A program made the translations under genes and the position numbers. This document shows, piece by piece, positions 20,460-30,522 of a stretch of 64,000 nt of DNA (positions are counted from its first letter, which is position 1; the number at the start of each line of letters is the position of its first letter). The notes under the pieces were generated by a model. That model was not told the DNA's origin and did no database searches. It worked only from the letters and a program-made list of their open reading frames with translations. This stretch comes from Deltaproteobacteria bacterium (lineage in GTDB: Bacteria > Myxococcota_A > UBA9160 > SMWR01). The stretch is taken from contig JAQBHB010000047.1 of the NCBI GenBank assembly GCA_032128115.1, positions 218,886 through 282,885 of the forward strand. The letters are read 5' to 3'.

Positions 20460-20489
20460 CGCCTGGGCCGGCCGCTAGGCTGTCGCAAG

Positions 20490-22199
20490 ATGGATGGGAG
20501 CCAGCCGTTCGGGGAATTCGAGGCCGCCGTCGCCGCCGCCCTGGAAGCGTGGGACGCCGTCAAGCTGCGCCGATTGTGGGATGCCGACGCTTCGCTCTGG
20601 TCCGGCAAGGACGAGGGAGAGTGGCTCGGGTGGCTGGGCGTGGCGCAGGAGCAGCTCGACGGTGTCGAGCGCCTGCGGTCGCTGGCGGCCGACATCGCTG
20701 GGGGCGGATTCCAGCACGTGCTCCTGCTGGGGATGGGCGGGTCGAGCCTGTGCCCAGAGGTGCTGGCCCGCACCTTTGGTCCCACCGCGGGGCACCCGGA
20801 GCTTCGCGTGCTCGATTCCACATTGCCGGCCCAGGTGCGCTCGATGTCTCGCGCCATCGATCCACAGCGGACCCTCTTCATCGCCTCGTCCAAGTCCGGG
20901 GGCACTCTCGAGACCAACGTCCTCCTGGACTTCTTCTGGGACGCGGCGCGCCGCGCGGGGGATCCGGATGCGGCAGCGTCGCGCTTCGTGGCCATTACCG
21001 ATCCGGGAAGCTCCCTCGAGGCGCGTGCCCGGTCCGACGGATTCCGGATCGTGGCCCACGGTCTTGCCAGCATCGGCGGACGCTACTCGGCCCTCTCCGA
21101 CTTCGGCATGCTGCCGGCGGCGGCCATGGGTCTCGACGTGCGCGAGTTCCTGGAACGCGCCTGCAAGATGGTGCGCGATTGCGGACCCGACACGGCGCCC
21201 GACGCGAATCCGGGGCTCGTGCTCGGGGTTGCACTGGGCGTGCTGGCGCGGGGAGGTCGCGACAAGGTCACGTTGGTGGCGTCTCCAGGTATCGCATCCC
21301 TGGGGGCCTGGCTCGAACAGCTGCTGGCGGAGTCGACGGGAAAACGGGGGTGCGGGCTGGTTCCCGTGGATGGGGAGGAACTGGCCGCGCCGGAACACTA
21401 CGGCGAAGATCGGGTCTTCGTGTACCTGCGCCACACCTCGGCAGCCAGCGCGACGCAGGACGCAGCCGTCGCCGCACTCGAGCAGGCCGGCCAACCCGTG
21501 ATGCGGATTCCGGTGGCGAGCCGCATGGATCTGGGCGCGGAGTTCTTCCGCTGGGAGTTCGCGACGGCGGTGGCAGGCTCTCTGCTGGGCATCCACCCCT
21601 TCGATCAGCCGGATGTGGAGGCCAGCAAGCAGGTCACGCGAGATCTGATGCAGACGTTCGAGGAGACGGGCGCCCTTTCGGAGCCAGCCCCCTTGTTCGA
21701 GGGCGACGGTATCAAGCTGTTTGCGAACCCTGCCAACGTGGAGGTGCTCTCCCGCGCATCCGCCAGCAATGATCTCCCGGGGCTCCTGACCGCCCACCTG
21801 TCCCGGCTCGGGGCCGGCGACTACCTCGGACTGAACGCCTACGTGGAGCAGAACGACACGCACCAGGTGGCGCTTGCGCGGATCCGACACGCGGTCCGCG
21901 ACGCCCGCCACGTGGCCACCACCCTGGGTTACGGGCCGCGCTTCCTGCACTCCACCGGACAGCTGCACAAGGGAGGTCCCAACCGCGGCGTCTTCCTCCA
22001 GATCACCGCCGACGATGCGGAAGACCTGGCGATTCCCGGCCGGCGCTACAGCTTCGGGGTGCTGGCGCGTGCCCAGGCCCTGGGCGATTTCCAGGTGCTG
22101 GGCCAACGCGGTCGCCGCGCCCTGCGCGTGCACCTGGGCCCCGACGTGGCGGCGGGGCTCGATCGTCTGGCCGCGATCCTGGAGCGGGCTCTCGTCTGA
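20490..22199 (+). CDS. pgi: Glucose-6-phosphate isomerase (resembles Pgi half of Tal-Pgi fusions)
   Basis: GMGGSSL, SSKSGGTLET, IGGRYSALS, EQLLAESTGK, PFDQPDVEASK, HSTGQLHKGG. Confidence 0.85.
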   Translation: MDGSQPFGEFEAAVAAALEAWDAVKLRRLWDADASLWSGKDEGEWLGWLGVAQEQLDGVERLRSLAADIAGGGFQHVLLLGMGGSSLCPEVLARTFGPTAGHPELRVLDSTLPAQVRSMSRAIDPQRTLFIASSKSGGTLETNVLLDFFWDAARRAGDPDAAASRFVAITDPGSSLEARARSDGFRIVAHGLASIGGRYSALSDFGMLPAAAMGLDVREFLERACKMVRDCGPDTAPDANPGLVLGVALGVLARGGRDKVTLVASPGIASLGAWLEQLLAESTGKRGCGLVPVDGEELAAPEHYGEDRVFVYLRHTSAASATQDAAVAALEQAGQPVMRIPVASRMDLGAEFFRWEFATAVAGSLLGIHPFDQPDVEASKQVTRDLMQTFEETGALSEPAPLFEGDGIKLFANPANVEVLSRASASNDLPGLLTAHLSRLGAGDYLGLNAYVEQNDTHQVALARIRHAVRDARHVATTLGYGPRFLHSTGQLHKGGPNRGVFLQITADDAEDLAIPGRRYSFGVLARAQALGDFQVLGQRGRRALRVHLGPDVAAGLDRLAAILERALV

Positions 22200-22238
22200 G
22201 CCGATCGGCGCCCCGGGCAGCGAGCCCTCGACGACACC

Positions 22239-23672
22239 TCAGCGCGCGTCCGCCCCGCCGTCCAGGTAACCCAGCGCGCGCAGGTGCTGCTCGCTGGTCG
22301 GGTCCATGGGCACCTGCAGCATGGGCACGGCGCTGCGCGCGTAGGCGTCTACCTGGGCGAAGCGCTTGCGAAGCGGGTGCTTTCGTCCTTCGCTGGCGGG
22401 CAGCGGCGTCCAGCGGCCGTCCTCGGGCCAGGCGTATACGAGCCATTGGGGCTCGTCGTTGGCGTCGCCATCGTCACCGGGCCACGCATGGCGCAGGCCG
22501 TCGACGCGCAGGAAGGCGTCGTCCTCGTATGCGCTCAGCTCGGACCCGATATCGCAATACACCACGCGTTCCGACAGCGGCGCCTCGCCCTGGAGCCAGG
22601 GGCCCAATGCTGCGCCACTCATTCCGTCGGGCGCGGGAATGTCGGCGAGCGCCAACAGCGTTGGCATGACGTCCACATGATTGACCACCTGCCGGCGCCT
22701 TCCGGGTTCGATACCGGGGGCGCGCAGGATCAGGGGCACGTGGGCCAACGGCGGCGTGGTGCTGAAGCCGTGGACCAGGTAGCGGCCGTGTTCGCCGAAG
22801 CTCTCGCCGTGGTCTGCGGTCAGGAGCACGATTCCGGGCCGGTCGCCCCGGCGGGCGTCGAAGCGGTCGAGCAGCCTGCCGACCCAGTCGTCGGCGAAGG
22901 CGATCTCGTCGGCGTAGCGCGCCTGGTAGTCACTCAGTCGCGTCACACCTTCGAGCGCCTGGTAGGCGGGGATGCCGCCGATGCCGTCGTTGCTCTGCAG
23001 AACAGGCAGGGGCTTCTCGCCCTCTGGCGCCTCGACGCGCGCCCGACCCGAGTACTCCGGGGGGGGTGCGTAGGGGCCGTGGGGATCCTGGTAGTGCACC
23101 CACAGGAAGACCGGCTCGCGGGCGTTCTCGAGCCACTGCATGGCCCGTTCGCTCGTCTTGCGTGCCGTGCGTTCGTAGTGGGAGCGGTTCCGCTCGCGCT
23201 CGGGCAATTCGTCGTCGTAGACGGCGAAGCCGTTTTCGAAGCCGGTGTCTCGCCGCAGGTTCGGGTTGCCCACGAAGGCCGCGGTGTCGTAGCCGGCCGC
23301 CTGGAAGACGCCCGCCAGGGTCTGGGTCCCCGAAAGACGCGTGCCTCCATTCTGGTATCCGATCGAGTGCTCCCGGGTGTAGCGCGAGGTCATGATCGAG
23401 GCGTGGGCCGGAGACGTGCGGCTGGAGGCCGCGATGGCGCGCTCGAAGACCACGCCGTCGCGCGCCAGGCCATCGATGCGGGGGCTGGCGCCGGTTTCGG
23501 AGCCATAGGCGCCCAGGCCATCGGCGCGCAATGTGTCGACGGTGATGAGCAGCACGTCGGGCCGGGAGGCCTCGGGGTTCCGCACGCCGCACCCGGGCGT
23601 TGCGAGGACGATCCAGATTCCCGCGAGGACGATCCAGGATCCCAGCAGGCTCGCAGTCTGCCCGGCATGCAT
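22239..23672 (-). CDS. Sulfatase/alkaline-phosphatase superfamily protein (Thr at nucleophile position), probable lipoprotein
   Basis: ITVDTLRAD, RTSPAHASIMT, HYQDPHGPY, TADHGE, LRALGY. Confidence 0.9.
   Translation of the reverse strand: MHAGQTASLLGSWIVLAGIWIVLATPGCGVRNPEASRPDVLLITVDTLRADGLGAYGSETGASPRIDGLARDGVVFERAIAASSRTSPAHASIMTSRYTREHSIGYQNGGTRLSGTQTLAGVFQAAGYDTAAFVGNPNLRRDTGFENGFAVYDDELPERERNRSHYERTARKTSERAMQWLENAREPVFLWVHYQDPHGPYAPPPEYSGRARVEAPEGEKPLPVLQSNDGIGGIPAYQALEGVTRLSDYQARYADEIAFADDWVGRLLDRFDARRGDRPGIVLLTADHGESFGEHGRYLVHGFSTTPPLAHVPLILRAPGIEPGRRRQVVNHVDVMPTLLALADIPAPDGMSGAALGPWLQGEAPLSERVVYCDIGSELSAYEDDAFLRVDGLRHAWPGDDGDANDEPQWLVYAWPEDGRWTPLPASEGRKHPLRKRFAQVDAYARSAVPMLQVPMDPTSEQHLRALGYLDGGADAR
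23602..23637. repeat. Direct repeat 15 bp x2 (period 21) in signal peptide
   Basis: GCGAGGACGATCCAG twice, encodes WIVLAGI-WIVLAT. Confidence 0.85.
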
Positions 23673-23741
23673 TCGACGCGCGAGAATAGCCCAGCTGTGA
23701 TGGCCGACTCGCCGCGTCCGGGTCTTCGCTACGTTGGCCCC

Positions 23742-25007
23742 ATGCGCGCCCTTGCGGCCACGAGTGTGCGGTTCGTGCTGGGGGTCGCGCTGGGGGCCGG
23801 ACTTGGCGCGTGCTCCCCCTCCACCGATCGCCCGAGCATCCTGGTGGTCACCCTGGACACGCTGCGCGTGGATCACGTGGGGGCCTACGGGTGCGACCCG
23901 ACGCTCACGCCCCACCTGGACGCCCTGGCGGCCGAGGGCCTGGTGCACGACGCGGCCTACACCACCATGCCCACCACCGGCCCCGCCCACCTCTCGCTCT
24001 TCACCGGCCTGTATCCGGTGGAGCACGGCGGGCGCGCGAATGGTCAGCCGGTGGCCGATCGGTTCGCGTCCCGCTCCCTGGCGGCCCGCCTGGCCGACGC
24101 CGGCTATGCCACCGGGGCCTTCGTGGCCACGTTCCTGATCGGCGCGAGCGAGACCGGCCTGGCGGGGTTCCGGATATACGACGCCCCCGCAGTCTCGCGC
24201 CGCGAGGGCCGTCAAGCCGTGGACGCGGCCCTGGCCTGGCTCGACTTCGAGGCCCTGCGCCCGGTCTTCCTGTGGGTGCACCTCTATGACGCTCACGCAC
24301 CCTACGGGACCACCAAGGAGAAGCGGAGGTTCCGCCAGACGGAGCCGCTGTATGGCTTCGTCCGCCGCGAGCGCTACGCCTCGCTCGAGGAACGAGACCG
24401 CATGCGCCGCCAGTACGCGCGTGGCGTGCAACAGACGGATCGTGAGCTCGGTCGCCTGGTGCAGCGTTTCCGCGAACAGGTGAAGGGGCCCGCGTTCATC
24501 GTAGTGGTGGGCGACCACGGTGAGAACTTCGCCGAGCACCTGGCGGAACGCGGCTGGGCGTGGGATCACGGCGAGTATCTCGACCCGGAGAGCGTGAGGA
24601 TCCCGTTGGTGGTGACGGGGCCGGGAGTGGCGCCGGGTCGATCGCCGGGGACCGTCTCGATCCGCGATCTCTACACCACGCTGCTTGCGTCCGCTGGGCT
24701 GGGTGACCCGGACGCGGCGCGAGAGGGTCGGCGGGATCTTCGCCAGGCGAGTGATCGCGATCGCGCGGTGCGGATCGAGCGCCGCACGTTCGACTCCCAG
24801 GTGCCGGATTCCGTGCGGCGCCACGCCGCCGCCGCCGCGGACGGGGAGAATCTGGTGGTGGTGGGCGAAGACGGCGCATCCACCACGGCGACGAGCCCGG
24901 GCGCCCTGCTGGAGTTGGCGCGCGACGGATTGCTGCCTCCGGAGCCGCCCCGCGACCTCTCGCCGGAGACCCGCAAGGCCCTGAAGGAGCTGGGCTACGC
25001 CGAGTGA
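23742..25007 (+). CDS. Sulfatase/alkaline-phosphatase superfamily lipoprotein (Thr at nucleophile position)
   Basis: Lipobox LGAC; VTLDTLRVD, TTGPAHLSLFTG, HLYDAHAPY, VGDHGE, LKELGY; start 23700 or 23742. Confidence 0.88.
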   Translation: MRALAATSVRFVLGVALGAGLGACSPSTDRPSILVVTLDTLRVDHVGAYGCDPTLTPHLDALAAEGLVHDAAYTTMPTTGPAHLSLFTGLYPVEHGGRANGQPVADRFASRSLAARLADAGYATGAFVATFLIGASETGLAGFRIYDAPAVSRREGRQAVDAALAWLDFEALRPVFLWVHLYDAHAPYGTTKEKRRFRQTEPLYGFVRRERYASLEERDRMRRQYARGVQQTDRELGRLVQRFREQVKGPAFIVVVGDHGENFAEHLAERGWAWDHGEYLDPESVRIPLVVTGPGVAPGRSPGTVSIRDLYTTLLASAGLGDPDAAREGRRDLRQASDRDRAVRIERRTFDSQVPDSVRRHAAAAADGENLVVVGEDGASTTATSPGALLELARDGLLPPEPPRDLSPETRKALKELGYAE

Positions 25008-25023
25008 GGAGCGCGGCCCTGGC

Positions 25024-25815
25024 TCAGTCGAGCCCCATCAGCTTCGCGATTCCCACCCGATGGCCAGCGGTGTAACCTCCGTCCACCACCAGCGGGTGGC
25101 CCGTCACGAAGGAGGCGTCGTCGGACGCCAGGAACAGTGCCGCCGCCGCAATCTCTTCTGGCCGGCCCACGCGCCCGAGCTGGTGAGCGTCGATGAAGCG
25201 GTCGCGTTGCTCCTTCATGTCCTCGCTGAAGATCCCGGCTGTCATGTTGGTCTGGATCAGACCCGGGCAGATGCAATTGGCGCGGATGCCGCGACGCCCG
25301 TAGTCGATGGACAGGTTTCGCGTGAGCAGGACCACACCGCCCTTGGACGCGTTGTAGGCGCTGCCTCCTTCGAAGCCCTCCAGGCCCTCGACGCTGGCGA
25401 TGTTCACGATGCTGCCGCTCCGTCGCTCGAGCATGTGGGGCAGCACGTGCTTGCACGCCAGGAAGGTCCCCTTGAGGTTGATGTCGAGCACCCGGTCCCA
25501 CTCGGTGGCGTCGAGCTGGTGCACGGCGCCGCCCCCGGCCACGCCCGCGGCATTCACCAGGACATCGATGCGTCCGAAGCGCACGGCGATCTCCGCCACA
25601 ATGGCGGCCAGCGAATCCTCGTCTCGGACGTCCACCTCGTGGAAGCTCGACTCGGGCTGCGCCTCCTGTACCGACTTCCAGGCGGAATCGCTGGGCAGGA
25701 CCACGTCGAGGCCGGCCACGCGCGCGCCCTCCCGGGCGAAGCGATCGGCGCAGGCCGCGCCGATGCCCGCGGCGGCTCCGGTAACCACGGCGGCACGACC
25801 TTCGAGACGTCCCAT
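25024..25815 (-). CDS. SDR family oxidoreductase
   Basis: TGAAAGIG, YNASK, VVDGG. Confidence 0.93.
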   Translation of the reverse strand: MGRLEGRAAVVTGAAAGIGAACADRFAREGARVAGLDVVLPSDSAWKSVQEAQPESSFHEVDVRDEDSLAAIVAEIAVRFGRIDVLVNAAGVAGGGAVHQLDATEWDRVLDINLKGTFLACKHVLPHMLERRSGSIVNIASVEGLEGFEGGSAYNASKGGVVLLTRNLSIDYGRRGIRANCICPGLIQTNMTAGIFSEDMKEQRDRFIDAHQLGRVGRPEEIAAAALFLASDDASFVTGHPLVVDGGYTAGHRVGIAKLMGLD

Positions 25816-25836
25816 CGCTCACTCCCTCCCGAATCG

Positions 25837-25864
25837 TTCAACGTCAGTCCTTCAACGTCAGTCT
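25837..25864. repeat. Tandem repeat 14 bp x2 just past the DUF6077 gene stop
   Basis: TTCAACGTCAGTC(C/T) x2. Confidence 0.85.
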
Positions 25865-27862
25865 TCAGCGCACCCAGATCTCGTAGCTCGTGGCGCTGAG
25901 CTTGCGGCTGAAGCCTGCCGACTCCAGCAGCCGGCGCGCCTCCGGGGCGGCCTTGGAGTTTCGCAGACACACCCCCTTCACGTCGAACGCGTCCAGGCCC
26001 CAGGCGAAGGTCTGGCGCGCGCGCTCGTCGACCTGTTTGCCTGCCACGTACGCCGTCATCGAGCGGCGGGCGTCGACGTTCTCCCGTACCAGGAATTCCA
26101 CACGCTTCACCATGTACTGGAGGCGCGCGAGAACCGGGTAGGCGTGGGCGTGGAAGGTGGGAACCCAGGCGCTGATGCGCGGCGGCGCCACGACAGTGGA
26201 TCCCGCCGGAACGCTGTCGTTGAGGGCCTTGGCCCAGCGGTAGGCCGGGTCGGGCACCTTGAGGCCGGGCATTCCCACGCGGATGCCCACGTTGTCGGCG
26301 CCGCCGTTCTCCTGGCTGAGGGCGCTGTAGCGCGGAATCCACAGGGCGAAGGCCACGAGCGCGGCTGCGCCGGCGGCGACCCCCGCGGCTCGGAGCACGG
26401 GCCTTCCGCGCAGCTGGAGGGGAGACGTGAGTGCCAGGGCCATCAAGACGGGCACCGGCAGGCTCCAGAGGCTTCGCCAGTAGGAGGGCCCCGTCAGGTT
26501 GGCAGCCACCCAGTCGCGAGCGTACGGGTTCAGCAACACGAGCCAGACGCCCAGCGGCACGGCAATCGCGAAGCGCCGAGCGAGCCCGCTCGGACACAAC
26601 GCCCAGCCCGCCAGGGTGGATGCCAGGGCAACCGTGTACAAGCGAGAATTGCCAAGCACCTCACCCAGCACGTGGGGAAGGTCCGGCCAGTCGGAATCGC
26701 CCGACAACATCTCCGCGAGCGCCGTCTGCATCTCGCCTCTGAGGAGCAGCCCCGCGCCCAGGGGATAGACGCTGGTCAGTGCGCCCAGGGCGAAGCGTCG
26801 CAGGCCCTCCCGATCCGGGCGCAGGGCCGCGCTCATGGCCAGCCAGGCGCCCGCCGGTGCCGCCCAGATCGCCGACGAGCTGCACCCCACGGCGGCGATC
26901 TGCGCCGCGGCCAGGCCCAGCCAGGTCATGCCGCGCGGCTGCAATGCGAAGCGCAGGGCGTAGGCGTAGATCAGCGGCATGAACACGAACAGGTAGATGG
27001 CCTTGCCCTGCCAGATGCGAACCAGCGCAAAGTTTCCGTACCAGCGATGGGCCTCGCCCGCGGCCACCAGAACCACCAGCGTCGCAGCCACCGCAAAGGG
27101 CCAGTCGCGGGGGGTGAGCAACCGGAAGAGTGCCGCCAGGGCCAGGGGAACCAGCAGCGCGGCCAGCGATGCGGAGATCCAGTGGAAGCAGTGGATGGCC
27201 GGGATGCCCGTGAGCAGGGAAAGCGCCGCGTTGGCGAGCTCGTAGCTGTGCAGGCGGTGGGCCGGAATGTAGAGAGGCAAGCCTTCGATCCCCAGCAGGG
27301 TGTCGCCCGACCACAGGGCGCGGCTCGGGACGTCGGCGGCTGCCACGGCGGCATTGATGTAGAACGTGTCGTCGAGGTCGGGGCGATGGGTGACGAGCGC
27401 CACCGCGACGCAGGCTGCCGCGAGCCCCCAGAGTGCGAGTTCGAAGCCCCGGCTCCGGACGGCGGGCTCGAAGTGCGGGGCCTCGGCCAGCAGGAAGGCC
27501 GCGGCTGCGACACCCAGTGTGAGGAGCCCGCCCCACCACAGCCCGGCCTCGCCGTGCAAGGCCAGCACGGACACGGCCAGTCCCCCGGCCAGGCCCGCGG
27601 CGCGGATCCCCCGTTGCGCCGGAATCGGAAGCCGCACGTCGCCGCCGGCAGGGGGCACATCGGGCGGCGCGAATCGGAGGCGGCGGCCGAGCCAGAGCGA
27701 CGCGGTAGCCGCAACCGCCGCCGTTGCCGTGTAGAGCCCGATCAGGTGCCACAGCGATCCCGTGGCGGCCACCACCGCGTGGCAGCACAGCGTCCACAGG
27801 GAAAACGCCAGCACGACCGCATCGCAGAGCCGGTCGCTGGTCGCTGCCCGGTGTCGCGTCAA
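25865..27862 (-). CDS. DUF6077-like polytopic membrane protein (putative GT-C glycosyltransferase)
   Basis: Many TM helices, extracytoplasmic acidic motif PDLDDTFY, RIWQGKAI. Confidence 0.65.
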   Translation of the reverse strand: MTRHRAATSDRLCDAVVLAFSLWTLCCHAVVAATGSLWHLIGLYTATAAVAATASLWLGRRLRFAPPDVPPAGGDVRLPIPAQRGIRAAGLAGGLAVSVLALHGEAGLWWGGLLTLGVAAAAFLLAEAPHFEPAVRSRGFELALWGLAAACVAVALVTHRPDLDDTFYINAAVAAADVPSRALWSGDTLLGIEGLPLYIPAHRLHSYELANAALSLLTGIPAIHCFHWISASLAALLVPLALAALFRLLTPRDWPFAVAATLVVLVAAGEAHRWYGNFALVRIWQGKAIYLFVFMPLIYAYALRFALQPRGMTWLGLAAAQIAAVGCSSSAIWAAPAGAWLAMSAALRPDREGLRRFALGALTSVYPLGAGLLLRGEMQTALAEMLSGDSDWPDLPHVLGEVLGNSRLYTVALASTLAGWALCPSGLARRFAIAVPLGVWLVLLNPYARDWVAANLTGPSYWRSLWSLPVPVLMALALTSPLQLRGRPVLRAAGVAAGAAALVAFALWIPRYSALSQENGGADNVGIRVGMPGLKVPDPAYRWAKALNDSVPAGSTVVAPPRISAWVPTFHAHAYPVLARLQYMVKRVEFLVRENVDARRSMTAYVAGKQVDERARQTFAWGLDAFDVKGVCLRNSKAAPEARRLLESAGFSRKLSATSYEIWVR

Positions 27863-28644
27863 TCAGCGGCTCGGTTCGACCCGCTGGAGCTCCCGCGCCG
27901 CGTGCGCACCACGAAGTTGCCCCGCTTCTCGTCGAACTCCAGATCGATCAACCCCTGCTTCTCCTGGTCATCCAGCATGGCCGCGAACGAGTTGTAGCCG
28001 TAGTGCTCCTCGTTGAAGCCGGGGAAGACGCGCCGGATCGTCTGCTTGACCATCGAGCCCCAGATCGTGTCGTAGTCCTTCTCCAGGGAGCGCACGATCT
28101 CGAGCACGCGCTCCGATGCCTCCTGGCGCTTCTTGGAGGCGGGCGCTGCTTCCGGCTGGGGCGGCTTGGCCTTCTCGGCGGTGCGCGCCAGGTCGTCGTA
28201 GTAGATGAATTCGTCGCAGCTCTGGATCAGCAGGTCGGAGGTGGAACTCTTCACTCCGCAGCCGATCACGCGCTTCTGGTTCTCCTTGAGCTTGGCCGCC
28301 AGCGGCGAGAAGTCGCTGTCGCCCGACACCAACGCGAACATGTCGATGTGTTGCTTCTGATAACAGAGGTCCAGCGCGTCCACGACCATGTGGATGTCGG
28401 CGCTGTTCTTGCCGCTGGCCTTGGACTGGGGGATGTCGACCAGTTCGACGCCCTGGCCGTGGAACTCGCGCACGGCGCTGCGATACTTGCCCCAGTCGCA
28501 ATAGGCCCGCTTGAACACGATGCGCCCCTTTTCCAGCAAGCGCCTCAGGACCAGGTCGATCTTGAACCCGCGGCGCGGGCCGCGCACTCCCAGGGCCAGG
28601 TTCTCGTAATCCACGAAGACGGCAATCAACGGTTCTTCGGCCAC
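27859..28644 (-). CDS. NYN-domain (PIN-like) nuclease with OST-HTH/LOTUS domain
   Basis: VFVDYEN, GKNSADI, SGDSDF, C-terminal PGFNEEHYGYNSF. Confidence 0.92.
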   Translation of the reverse strand: MAEEPLIAVFVDYENLALGVRGPRRGFKIDLVLRRLLEKGRIVFKRAYCDWGKYRSAVREFHGQGVELVDIPQSKASGKNSADIHMVVDALDLCYQKQHIDMFALVSGDSDFSPLAAKLKENQKRVIGCGVKSSTSDLLIQSCDEFIYYDDLARTAEKAKPPQPEAAPASKKRQEASERVLEIVRSLEKDYDTIWGSMVKQTIRRVFPGFNEEHYGYNSFAAMLDDQEKQGLIDLEFDEKRGNFVVRTRRGSSSGSNRAAD

Positions 28645-28810
28645 GCATTCTCCTTTTCAGTGGTACCGGGCACGGCTACGGGCAGACCCTGTCTGCGCAG
28701 ATTGCGCCGGGGATGGGGCGATCGACCCGGAACCGGTAGGGCGGAAACGATCGGGTCGCGTCGCGGGGCCAGGTGGGGTCGGGCGGCAGATCGCGGGGCA
28801 CGCGGGCAGC

Positions 28811-29098
28811 TTAGCCGCGGCCGCGCGGCGTACCCCCGGACACCCGAAACAGGGCGGCGGAAACCCAAAACAGGGCGGCGGACACCCGAAACAGGGCGGC
28901 TGGTGGCGGGGTCTCGGACTTGTCGGCCTCGTCACCGGCGAAGCCGTAGCCTTCCAGGTCTTCGGCTGTGGCCACGCGCTCGGTCTCGTGTTCCGCCTCG
29001 GACCGTATCACCCGCTTCTCGCGTTTCTCGGCGGCCTTCTCGGCCTTCCTGACTTCGCGCTGACGCTTGAGGACTGCAGTTCTGCTTTTTCTCGCCAT
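28811..29098 (-). CDS. Small basic coiled-coil hypothetical protein
   Basis: MARKSRTAVLKRQREVRKAEKAAEKREKR, GAGG RBS; C terminus made of a 21-bp repeat. Confidence 0.65.
   Translation of the reverse strand: MARKSRTAVLKRQREVRKAEKAAEKREKRVIRSEAEHETERVATAEDLEGYGFAGDEADKSETPPPAALFRVSAALFWVSAALFRVSGGTPRGRG
28838..28900. repeat. Tandem repeat 21 bp x3
   Basis: GGACACCCGAAACAGGGCGGC / GGAAACCCAAAACAGGGCGGC / GGACACCCGAAACAGGGCGGC. Confidence 0.95.
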
Positions 29099-29323
29099 GG
29101 TTGCCTCTTCCCGAGTCGCCCCCCCCAGGGGACGTCGATTCCGATCGCCGCTGCCTCAGTTACCAGGGGCCGCGAGCAGCGCGGCACGCCCGTTCTCCTA
29201 GGGGGGCGCATAAACTACACGGACACGGCCCGCAGGTCACGGGTGAGCTCGCGAGAAAGACCAGATCCCATCGGGGCTCTGATCCGGAACGGTCTGAAAT
29301 TCCTACGGTTTTTGCGCGCCGCG

Positions 29324-30331
29324 TCAGAGGTCCGTCGGGTCGTGGAGGAGCGGTTTGGGAACGGGTTCGCCCTTGCGCCGCGCCTGGCGCATGCGCGACA
29401 CCAGGTCGAGGGCCTGGCGCAGGAAGACCAGGCCCAGGGCCACGTTCAGGATCAGGAAGATCGCGTTTACGGCGAAGGCGTACGCCAGCAGCGAATCCCG
29501 GGGGCCGAAATCCGAGAACAGGGCCGCCCAGGCCAGCTCGCGCGTGCCGAAGTTGCCCAGCGTGGGGACGATGAACGCCAGGTAGACCAGGGGCAGGCGC
29601 GCCGCCATGGCGCCCCAGCCGATGGGCACGCCGAAGGCGCGGGACGCCAGCCACTGGATCACCACGTCGAAGATGGCCAGGCCCGCGAAGCTCCAGAAAA
29701 AGGGCTTCAGGTCCCGCAGGCTGAATCGGCTGAGCCAGGTCTGGAGGCCTGCCATTCCCGGCAGGGGTTTCTCGCGGTTGCGGGAGATCCGGAGTGCGAT
29801 GGCGACCGCGAATACGCCCAGCCACATGGCACCGACGGCTGTGAGCACATCTCGATTCCCGGCGATCCCGCCTTCGATGAACGGCAGGGCCAGGGTCATC
29901 TGCAGGAGCATCACCACGAAGTGCATTGCCACGGGGACCATGCTCGCGGCCAGAACCGCGATGGCCCGGCCTCCGCCCAGCTCGGCGCGACCACCGGCCA
30001 GCTCGATCAGGCCCAGGAAGAAGGCGGCGTCCGAGAGTGGATTGCTCACTGCTCGCAGCAGTTCGGATCCGCCGCGCATGGCGAACACGGAGCGGTAGGG
30101 CACGTGCACCACGAAGCGGCGGATGGCCAGGGCCTGCAGCCACGTCCAGATCACGAAGAAGCCCAGGCGGTCGGCGCTGGCGCAGGCCACGAAGACCGGA
30201 CCGTTGGCCTGCTCGATGGCCGCGAGAAGGCGCTGCCAGTCGGTGGCCCAGCCGAAGACGTAGGCCAGCAATCCGGCCGACACCAGCCACGGGAGCACGT
30301 GCCGCAGGCGCGGCGACAGCTTGACCTTCAT
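29324..30331 (-). CDS. Lysylphosphatidylglycerol synthase TM (flippase-like) domain protein
   Basis: About 8 TM helices, VPTLGNFGTRE motif; start set at MKVKL. Confidence 0.75.
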   Translation of the reverse strand: MKVKLSPRLRHVLPWLVSAGLLAYVFGWATDWQRLLAAIEQANGPVFVACASADRLGFFVIWTWLQALAIRRFVVHVPYRSVFAMRGGSELLRAVSNPLSDAAFFLGLIELAGGRAELGGGRAIAVLAASMVPVAMHFVVMLLQMTLALPFIEGGIAGNRDVLTAVGAMWLGVFAVAIALRISRNREKPLPGMAGLQTWLSRFSLRDLKPFFWSFAGLAIFDVVIQWLASRAFGVPIGWGAMAARLPLVYLAFIVPTLGNFGTRELAWAALFSDFGPRDSLLAYAFAVNAIFLILNVALGLVFLRQALDLVSRMRQARRKGEPVPKPLLHDPTDL

Positions 30332-30522
30332 CACGGGATCGTAACCGAATCCGGCTCGCCTCGATCCGGTGGAAACCGCCTGGGGGTGGCGATTTTCGCA
30401 GCCAGCTGCCGGATGCTGAGGGCCCTTGTGCCAGGCCTCACGAAGGCTTGCGTGCGGCGCCTCTTGCGCCGATAAGCGGAGCGGGCCCGATCGGCGACGA
30501 TTGCCGGACAGGCCAGAAGCCG

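Noticed and set aside
28838..28900. Repeats at 28.8, 51.3 and 62.3 kb as CRISPR arrays
   Set aside because: Directly tandem without unique spacers, only 2-3 copies, no cas genes
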